Source: an uncultured Alphaproteobacteria bacterium
GTDB lineage: Bacteria; Pseudomonadota; Alphaproteobacteria; Rhizobiales; Beijerinckiaceae
Direction of reading: 5' to 3'
NCBI GenBank assembly: GCA_963798515.1
Contig: CAWCTS010000039.1
Location: forward strand, 4,873-68,872
DNA length: 64,000 nt
This document shows, in pieces, positions 57,252 to 64,000 of the stretch. The translations under genes and the position numbers were made by a program. The stretch's first letter is position 1. Each line of letters starts with the position of its first letter. The notes beneath the pieces were generated by a model that worked only from the letters and a program-made list of their open reading frames with translations, had not been told where the DNA came from and did no database searches.

Positions 57252-57884
57252 TCAATAAACCAGCACGGGCGCTTCACGAACGCAGGTCCGGTCATCGATC
57301 TGTCGAACGAGGAAATCAGCCACATCCGCGCGCGAGATGATCCCGTTCCGCCACTGCGAGGCCTTGCACAGAACCTTGTAGCGTCCTGTCCGCGGGCCGC
57401 CGAGCAAAACGCCGGGCCGTGCGATCGTCCAATCGAGCCCGCTGTCCTTGATCATGCGTTCCTGCACGCTCTTATCCCCGTAGGCGCGGCCAAACACCAT
57501 CTGAAACGGCAAGCGCTGCATGAGGCTGATGCTGGCGCGGCTGTCGCCCGCGCCAAAGCCGGTTACACAGATCAAGCGTTTGACGCCCTGGGCCTGCATC
57601 GCCGGGATCAGCACCCGGGTCGCGTCCGAGAACACGCTTACCGGCCGCAACAAGTCGCCCACGCCAACTCCAAGGGTCTGAATCACGACGTCTACCCCGG
57701 AAAGAGCGGATTCAACGTCTTCGGTCTTCAAGGCGTCGCCGCGGACCTTCTCGAGGTTTGGATGGGATAGCGCCATCCTGGGGGCGGATCGCGCCAGAGC
57801 GCGCACATGATGACCGGCCTCGAGCGCCTGGCGCGTCGTCTCCAGCCCGATGCCTTTGCTTGCGCCGATAATGAGCACGCGCAT
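57252..57884 (-). CDS. NAD(P)H-binding oxidoreductase (flavin/biliverdin reductase B-like)
   Basis: IIGASKGIG, GDAL, LDWTIARP, ISRADVA. Confidence 0.87.
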   Translation of the reverse strand: MRVLIIGASKGIGLETTRQALEAGHHVRALARSAPRMALSHPNLEKVRGDALKTEDVESALSGVDVVIQTLGVGVGDLLRPVSVFSDATRVLIPAMQAQGVKRLICVTGFGAGDSRASISLMQRLPFQMVFGRAYGDKSVQERMIKDSGLDWTIARPGVLLGGPRTGRYKVLCKASQWRNGIISRADVADFLVRQIDDRTCVREAPVLVY

Positions 57885-58106
57885 CGTTAAGCCCTATGTG
57901 GGGATGTCCATCATCGCTGGCCATCCGCAGTTGCAGATGTATTCAGTATACGTTCCGGCAAGCTCTCCGGACCACTTGCGGCGAACCGCCAGGCCCTAGG
58001 TTAGGTAATATGGCGGCGCCCAAGGTCTACAAACGGCGGCAAGGCGCCGCGCTTCGGAGGACATCGAAGGGTGAACACGGGACATTGCGCCGAGAGCGGA
58101 GGAGCG

Positions 58107-58631
58107 TTGGTTTCATCCGCCGTCATCGACGATCTGAGCCGCGAGCCGCCCCTGGCGACGAACGGGAGCCGCTGGCGGCTCGTCACCGACCAGGTCATGG
58201 GCGGCGTTTCCAACGGAACGATGGTCCGCGGGGTCGTCGCCGGCCGGCCCGCTATCCGCATGCGCGGCGAGGTCAGCCTCGACAACAATGGCGGCTTTGT
58301 TCAGATCGCGCTCGATCTGTCGTCCGATGGCGCGGCCATCGACGCAAGCGCCTGGAGCGCAATCGAACTCGACGTCTTTGGAGATGGCGAGGAATATGGC
58401 CTGCATCTGCGGACGGATGCTCTGACAAGGCCCTGGCAATCCTATCGGCAAATCTTCAGGGCCTATGCGGAGTGGAGGACGATTCGCCTATCCTTCGCCG
58501 AATTTCTCCCCCATCGCACGGAGGTCGCGCTGGATACGCGTCGGTTGCGGCGTCTTGGCGTGGTGGCGATAGGCCGCGTCTTCGCTCCCGACCTTGCTCT
58601 GGGCGGACTGCGGTTCATGACGTCGAAGTAA
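58107..58631 (+). CDS. CIA30 family protein
   Basis: WRLVTDQVMGGVS, GEVSLDNNGGF, PWQSYR. Confidence 0.87.
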   Translation: MVSSAVIDDLSREPPLATNGSRWRLVTDQVMGGVSNGTMVRGVVAGRPAIRMRGEVSLDNNGGFVQIALDLSSDGAAIDASAWSAIELDVFGDGEEYGLHLRTDALTRPWQSYRQIFRAYAEWRTIRLSFAEFLPHRTEVALDTRRLRRLGVVAIGRVFAPDLALGGLRFMTSK

Positions 58632-58675
58632 GAGAATGGTCGCCCTGCCGCCAAAATTCCCCGATACGAGGAAAG

Positions 58676-59560
58676 ATGCTTGCGCGCGATGTGATGATCG
58701 ATGATGTGGCCCACGTCACGCTCGACGCCGACCTCGACCAAGTCGCGCGCCTGCTCGCGACCAGCGAGGCGGGCGCTGTGGTCGTCGTCGACGCCTGGCG
58801 TCGCCCCATTGGGATGGTGACGCGCAGCAATCTGATGCGCGCCGCGAGCGAGGCCGACTCCCGGCCGCTGCCGCGCTGGTTGGTAAAAAAAGCGTCACCC
58901 CTCGCCGCTTCGCCCGCAACTTCGCGCCTCTTGCGCGAGGTGATGACCACGCCCGCGATTTCCGTTCGGGATGTGGCGCAACTGCTTGAATTCGCGATGC
59001 TCATGGAGCGAAAGCAGCTCAAGCGGCTTCCTGTGGTCAATGGCGACGGCCTGGTCGGGCTTCTGCGCCGCACGGACGTTTTGCGCGCGCTGGATGATCA
59101 TGCGAGCCCGGTGGCGCCCTTGTCCCAAGTCGGGAGCGTCACGGCGGAGCAGTTCCGCGAATTGGCGGCGCAGGCGGAGGCGCGAGAACAGGAGCAGCGC
59201 GCCGAGGCGAAGCGCCTCGCCCAATTGGAACGAGAGAAGATCATCGAGGAGATGGCCGGGCGCCGGCTCAGCGATCGCGCCTGGGACGAGATGCTGGCGG
59301 GCGCGCGCCGCGCGGCCGGCGCCGGTCTGAAGGAATATGTCCTGCTCCGTTTTCCTGCGCAGCTTTGCGCCGACGGCGGCCGCGCCATCAATGCGCCCGA
59401 TCCGCATTGGCCGGCCTCCTTGCGCGGCGAGGCGCGTGACGTCTACGAGCGTTGGCGGCGCGAATTGAGGCCAGGAGAATTTCAACTCGCGGCGCAGATC
59501 GTTAGTTTTCCCAACGGCATGCCCGGCGACGCGGCGCTGATTTTGAGCTGGAGCGCTTAA
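58676..59560 (+). CDS. CBS-pair protein fused to an uncharacterised C-terminal domain
   Basis: MLARDVM, VMTTP, KRLPVV; coiled coil; RFPAQLCADGGRAIN..WP..L.G..PNGMPGD. Confidence 0.8.
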   Translation: MLARDVMIDDVAHVTLDADLDQVARLLATSEAGAVVVVDAWRRPIGMVTRSNLMRAASEADSRPLPRWLVKKASPLAASPATSRLLREVMTTPAISVRDVAQLLEFAMLMERKQLKRLPVVNGDGLVGLLRRTDVLRALDDHASPVAPLSQVGSVTAEQFRELAAQAEAREQEQRAEAKRLAQLEREKIIEEMAGRRLSDRAWDEMLAGARRAAGAGLKEYVLLRFPAQLCADGGRAINAPDPHWPASLRGEARDVYERWRRELRPGEFQLAAQIVSFPNGMPGDAALILSWSA

Positions 59561-59678
59561 GGGCCCTTGCTGGATGCGTCAGCCTATCAGGCGCCATTGC
59601 GCTCGATCTTTGACGCGGTTGAAGGGCTTGCCCATATGGGACGACACGACTCGCCTCCTGCCGCTGGAGGAACTGTCC

Positions 59679-61055
59679 ATGCCCGACTTCGACGCGATCG
59701 TCATCGGCGCCGGTCAAGCCGGACCGCCATTGGCCTTTCGTCTCGCTCGCGCAGGGCTGAATGTGGCTGTCGTCGAGCGCCATCTCATCGGCGGCACTTG
59801 CGTCAATACCGGCTGCACCCCGACCAAGGCTCTGGTGGCGAGCGCATATGCCGCCCGACTAGCGCGGCGCTCCGCCGACTATGGCGTGGACATCGGGGGC
59901 GACGTCGGCGTCGACATGCGGCGGGTCAAAGCACGCATGGAGGCGATTGTGGCCGCGTCGCGAAACGGACTTACCGCGGCGCTCGAGAAGTCCGAAAAAA
60001 TTTCGCTTTACCGCGGCCATGCCCGCTTCGCGTCGCCCCAAGCTGTCGTCGTCGCAGGCGAGCGGCTCAACGCGCCCTGGATCTTCATCAATGTCGGCGG
60101 CCGGGCCTTCGCACCGGCGATGCCGGGCGTAAACGAAGCGCCTTATCTGACGAATTCGTCGATGATGGACGTCGATTTCCTCCCGCGCCATCTCATCATC
60201 GTCGGCGGCAGCTATATCGGCCTCGAATTCGGCCAGATGTACCGCCGCTTCGGAGCCGAGGTGACGATTATCGAAATGGCGCCGCGCCTGGTTCGTCGCG
60301 AGGACGAAGACGTCTCGGCGGCGATCAAGGACATCGTCGAGCGCGAGGGCGTCAATGTCAGGCTAAACGCCAAATGCATCAACTTTCTGAGGCGCGGCGA
60401 GGAGATCGTCGCCAAGGTCGATTGCGCCGACGGCGCTCCCGAGGTGGCCGGCTCGCATCTGTTGCTGGCCGTCGGCCGCCGGCCGAACACCGACGATCTG
60501 GATCTGGACAAGGCCGGGGTGCGCTGCGACGCGCATGGCTACATCATTGTCGACGACCAATTACAGACCACTGCGCCAAACATCTGGGCGCTTGGGGACT
60601 GCAACGGCAAGGGCGCCTTCACCCACACCGCCTATAACGACTTCGAGATCGTCGCCGCGAACTTGCTCGACCACGATCCGCGCAAGATCAGCGAGCGCCT
60701 GACCGCTTATGCTCTTTACATCGACCCGCCGCTCGGCCGCGTCGGCATGACCTTGGCCGAGGCGCGCGCCAGCGGGCGGCGAGTGCTCGTCGGCGAGCGG
60801 CCGATGACGCGCGTCGCCCGCGCCGTTGAGAAGGGCGAGACGCAGGGCTTCATGCGCATTCTCGTCGATGGCGACAGTCGACGAATTCTCGGCGCCTCGC
60901 TACTCGGCACGGGATGCGACGAGGCCGTCCACGCGATCCTCGATCTGATGTACGCCAAAGCCCCCTACACCGTCATGCAGCGCGCCATGCACATTCATCC
61001 GACGGTCAGCGAGCTGCTGCCGACGATATTGGGCGATCTGAAACCAGCAGGTTGA
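59679..61055 (+). CDS. Class I FAD-dependent pyridine nucleotide-disulfide oxidoreductase (MerA/RclA-like, not true MerA)
   Basis: IGAGQAG, GGTCVNTGCTPTK, GGSYIGLE, GRRPN, HPTVSE; no C-terminal Cys pair. Confidence 0.88.
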   Translation: MPDFDAIVIGAGQAGPPLAFRLARAGLNVAVVERHLIGGTCVNTGCTPTKALVASAYAARLARRSADYGVDIGGDVGVDMRRVKARMEAIVAASRNGLTAALEKSEKISLYRGHARFASPQAVVVAGERLNAPWIFINVGGRAFAPAMPGVNEAPYLTNSSMMDVDFLPRHLIIVGGSYIGLEFGQMYRRFGAEVTIIEMAPRLVRREDEDVSAAIKDIVEREGVNVRLNAKCINFLRRGEEIVAKVDCADGAPEVAGSHLLLAVGRRPNTDDLDLDKAGVRCDAHGYIIVDDQLQTTAPNIWALGDCNGKGAFTHTAYNDFEIVAANLLDHDPRKISERLTAYALYIDPPLGRVGMTLAEARASGRRVLVGERPMTRVARAVEKGETQGFMRILVDGDSRRILGASLLGTGCDEAVHAILDLMYAKAPYTVMQRAMHIHPTVSELLPTILGDLKPAG

Positions 61056-61073
61056 GCGGGAGCGAAGATCCAG

Positions 61074-61454
61074 ATGGAAGACAAAGACATCCGAGCGGCT
61101 CTCGATCGCCACTGGGCCGCGTCCGATGCGAGCGACTTCGAGACCGAGCACGATATTTATCGCGAAGACGCGCTGCTCGACTATCCGCAATCGGGTGAGC
61201 GCATCCGTGGGCGGCAAAACATTAAGTCGTCTCGCGCCGCGCAGCCGAACTGCAAGCGCTTCACCGTGCGCCGGATCATCGGCGTGGCGGACCTCTGGGT
61301 CACGGAATTCGTCCTGAGCTATGACGAGCGGCCGTCCTACACCGTGAGCATCATGGAGTTTCGCGACGGAAAGGTGGCGCGCGAAACACAGTATTTCAGC
61401 GATCCCTTCGAGCCGGGGCCTTCGCGTGCGCAATGGGTCGAGCGGATGTCTTGA
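61074..61454 (+). CDS. SnoaL/NTF2-like protein
   Basis: HDIYREDA, YPQSGERIRG, VSIMEFRDGKVARETQYF. Confidence 0.85.
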   Translation: MEDKDIRAALDRHWAASDASDFETEHDIYREDALLDYPQSGERIRGRQNIKSSRAAQPNCKRFTVRRIIGVADLWVTEFVLSYDERPSYTVSIMEFRDGKVARETQYFSDPFEPGPSRAQWVERMS

Positions 61455-62083
61455 GACCGGTGCTCCATGACGACGGCCATCCGCCGCTCGCCCGCGCCGA
61501 GCTGCCAACCGACACCGTCGCCCTCGCCCGCTTTCTCATCGGCAGACTATTGGTGCGGGAATTGCCCGAGGGCGTCGTCAGCGGCCGTATCGTCGAGACG
61601 GAGGCCTATGTCGTCGGCGACGCCGCGGGACACGCCTATCGGGGTTTGACCCCGAGCAATCGCTCGCTCTTTCTCGAGCGCGGCCACGCCTATGTCTATT
61701 TCACCTATGGCAGTTTTTACATGCTGAATGTTTCGAGCGAAACGCCAGGGATTGGAGCCGGCGTTCTCATCAGGGCGCTCGAGCCGGTCGAGGGCGTCGG
61801 GATCATGAGGCAAAATCGCGGCGTCGACCGCTTGCGCGATCTGGCGCGCGGACCGGGAAGGCTCGCCAGGGCGTTGCGGATCGATCGGGGACTCGACGGT
61901 CTCGATCTTTGCCGAAATGGCCCTTTGTGGCTGGCGGATGATGACCAAGAACCCGGCGCCATCGGCCAGAGCGTGAGGATCGGCCTCACGCGGGAGGCAG
62001 ACCGACCTTTACAATTCTACCGCTTAGGCAGTCCCTTCGTCAGCGGTCCAAGGTCGCTCAATGTTGCAAAAATCGCGACCTGA
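61451..62083 (+). CDS. mpg: DNA-3-methyladenine glycosylase (AAG/MPG family)
   Basis: GRIVETEAY, AYVYFTYG, VLIRALEP, GPGRL, RIG; TTG overlaps the upstream stop. Confidence 0.9.
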   Translation: MRPVLHDDGHPPLARAELPTDTVALARFLIGRLLVRELPEGVVSGRIVETEAYVVGDAAGHAYRGLTPSNRSLFLERGHAYVYFTYGSFYMLNVSSETPGIGAGVLIRALEPVEGVGIMRQNRGVDRLRDLARGPGRLARALRIDRGLDGLDLCRNGPLWLADDDQEPGAIGQSVRIGLTREADRPLQFYRLGSPFVSGPRSLNVAKIAT

Positions 62084-62121
62084 GCGACTTATTCTTTAGC
62101 TCAATCAACTGGGAGTAGCGC

Positions 62122-63138
62122 TTGCGCCAGATTTTCATCACCAAGACCGGCGGCCCTGAGGTTCTTGAGCTGCGCAAGTCGGCCGACCCTCTGCCGACGA
62201 GAGGCCTGGTGCGCATTCGCGTGAGCGCCGCGGGAGTGAATTTCGCTGACATCATGGCGCGCAGAGGCCTCTACCCGGACGCGCCGAAGCTTCCTGCCGT
62301 CGTCGGCTACGAGGTTTCCGGCGTCGTGGACGCCGTCGGCCCCGAAACCTCGGACGATTGGCTCGCCAAGGAAGTCGTCGCCTTGACTCGCTTCGGCGGC
62401 TACGCCGATACGGTTCTCGCGCCCGTGGAGCAGGTTTTTTTGAAGCCTGCGTGCCTGACCCATGCGGAATGCGCCGCGATTCCGGTGAATTATCTCACCG
62501 CTTGGCAGCTCATGGTCGTGATGGGAGCGCTCGCGGAGGGCGAAACGGCGCTGATCCACAACGCTGGCGGCGGCGTCGGACTCGCCGCGATCGACATCGG
62601 AAAGCGCCGCGGCGCGCGGCTGATTGGGACGGCGAGCGCGGGTAAGCACGAGTTTCTCAAGTCGCGCGGGCTCGATGCGGCGATCGACTATAGGCAGACC
62701 GACTGGCTCCCTGAAGTCATGCGCCTGACGGAAGGGCGCGGCGTCGAGCTCATTCTCGATCCCCTGGGCGGCGGCCATTGGCGCAAGAGCTACAAGGCCT
62801 TGCGCGCGACGGGACGCCTCGGCATGTTCGGGGTCTCGGACGCTACGGCGTCCCGCCTCCCCTACCCTCTAAATCTTCTTTCGGTCGCCGCGAGCATGCC
62901 GTGGTTCCACCCCCTGTCGCTGATGAACGCCAATAAGGCTGTGTTCGGCGTCAACGTCGGCCATCTGTGGGGGGAAGGCGCCAAAGTGCGCGCCTGGGGT
63001 GATACGCTGCTCGCGGGCGTAGCAGAGGGATGGGTTCGCCCGCATGTCGACCGGACTTTCCCGCTCGACGCGGCCGGCGACGCCCACGCGTATATCGAAA
63101 CGCGGCGCAATAAGGGGAAGGTGGTGCTCGAGACGTGA
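62122..63138 (+). CDS. Medium-chain reductase, VAT-1/quinone oxidoreductase-like
   Basis: GVNFAD..R.GLY, GYEVSG, PVNYLTA, HNAGGGVG, NKGKVVL. Confidence 0.87.
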   Translation: MRQIFITKTGGPEVLELRKSADPLPTRGLVRIRVSAAGVNFADIMARRGLYPDAPKLPAVVGYEVSGVVDAVGPETSDDWLAKEVVALTRFGGYADTVLAPVEQVFLKPACLTHAECAAIPVNYLTAWQLMVVMGALAEGETALIHNAGGGVGLAAIDIGKRRGARLIGTASAGKHEFLKSRGLDAAIDYRQTDWLPEVMRLTEGRGVELILDPLGGGHWRKSYKALRATGRLGMFGVSDATASRLPYPLNLLSVAASMPWFHPLSLMNANKAVFGVNVGHLWGEGAKVRAWGDTLLAGVAEGWVRPHVDRTFPLDAAGDAHAYIETRRNKGKVVLET

Positions 63139-63286
63139 AGCTCACGTCCAAGCGGCAGGGCCGACCGTCGTCTCTACTTTTTCAGCCACTGTCTGGACGG
63201 CAATGAAAAGGACGGCGATAAGCGCGTTAACAACTCTCTTACTCAGAAGCCCCTAGCGTCCTCCCGCACCAATCAGGGAGAGATGC

Positions 63287-63556
63287 ATGACCGATACTGT
63301 GGGAATCGCGGGCGACCGCATCCGCTCATTCATCGAGCGCATCGAGCATATCGAGGAAGAGATCAAAGGGCTCAACGAAGGGAAGAAAGAAATCTTCGCC
63401 GAAGCGAAAGGCGATGGCTTCGATGTGAAGGTGCTGAAGGAGATCATCCGTCTGCGCAAACAGGATCGGGATGAGCGCGACGAGCATAAGTCCCTGCTCG
63501 ACCTGTATCTGAGAGCGATGGAGGCGCCCGACGCCGAGCGAGCAAAGGCGGCCTAA
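63287..63556 (+). CDS. DUF2312 / GapR-family nucleoid-associated protein
   Basis: IRSFIERIEHIEEE, FAEAKGDGFDVK, IRLRK, LLDLY; GGGAGAG RBS. Confidence 0.9.
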   Translation: MTDTVGIAGDRIRSFIERIEHIEEEIKGLNEGKKEIFAEAKGDGFDVKVLKEIIRLRKQDRDERDEHKSLLDLYLRAMEAPDAERAKAA

Positions 63557-63932
63557 CACTCAAAGAGAAAGAGGGGGCGGTTGCGAGACTTGGCCCCCTC
63601 GCTCGACGAGGGGTTAACAGTGAATGGCTTGGCGGCGGGCTCGGCGCGTCTTGAAGACTGCGACAAGCTGGCCCGGCAACGTAGCCTGTTGTGTTTTTTA
63701 TCTCCCCTCCGCTTTTGTGCGATTTTGTCGTCTCTTCCCTGCGCGGCGAGAGCGAGCGAAGAAATGCTCACCCGCGCTTTCAATGCCACATCGACTGCAA
63801 ATTTTCTTTTATCGTTCCACGTTGTGGCTCGGCGCCCAGATGATCCGACCGAGTTGATGACGTTGACGTCGCGGTGACGGGCCCCCCCACTTATGCACGC
63901 GGCGGCGCGTCCCTCGAGGATGAGCCTGCTCA

Positions 63933-63968
63933 TTATGAGCGCTTGCGCGATAACCAAGGCGCTCATAA
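63933..63968. terminator. Inverted repeat, possible terminator of a gene beyond the window or a protein-binding site
   Basis: TTATGAGCGC...GCGCTCATAA, 10-bp arms. Confidence 0.4.
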
Positions 63969-64000
63969 AAATATACCCGCGTCCTTCGCGCGAAGGCGAA

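Noticed and set aside
57896-58675. N-terminal extension making a 554-aa CBS protein
   Set aside because: Overlaps the CIA30 gene in another frame; RBS AGGAAAG and the CBS start fit ATG 58676
59679-61055. Mercuric reductase merA
   Set aside because: No N-terminal HMA domain, no C-terminal Cys-Cys pair, ends in HPTxSE, and no mer genes nearby
63227-63241. Full CtrA box upstream of the GapR gene
   Set aside because: Only one TTAA half-site; the second half (CTTA) does not match
63553-64000. ORFs at the right end of the window
   Set aside because: No recognisable family, RBS or coding-like composition; treated as intergenic

Overview
GC-rich alphaproteobacterial chromosome segment. Gene content (DUF4167, DUF1217, GapR/DUF2312, NepR-like, DgcA, PQQ-associated CXXCW protein) and the intergenic palindromes suggest Hyphomicrobiales, possibly Methylocystaceae; this is inference, not a database result. 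It is mostly housekeeping: htpG (3' end), prmC, rsmB-like, kup, cydABX preceded by a small CydP-like ORF, folA, mlaEFD, ispB, apt, hrcA, tldD, aroC, tRNA-Leu(TAG), tig and pyrE. The most notable region is ~19.9-24.2 kb. One arm carries a group III truncated haemoglobin, a FeSII/Shethna-II-type ferredoxin and a rubrerythrin-like protein. The other arm carries YqeB-like, DUF2478 and HTH-only ModE genes, facing a stand-alone TOBE gene. The 377-bp spacer between the arms holds two back-to-back sigma54 promoters, a NifA-type UAS and two tandem ModE/Mo-boxes, one overlapping the UAS. This reads as a candidate Mo-gated nitrogenase O2-protection and metal-handling module. Other points: a ~2-kb tandem duplication of a DUF202-arylsulfatase pair next to an octaheme cytochrome c-HEAT/TPR gene; a multicopper-oxidase homologue lacking most Cu ligands; a Tat-signal HDAC-family protein; a MITE-like palindrome; and at least eight genes with mostly single-base homopolymer frameshifts confined to 27.6-43.2 kb, most likely assembly errors. 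All family assignments were made by eye from recalled motifs; no searches were run.
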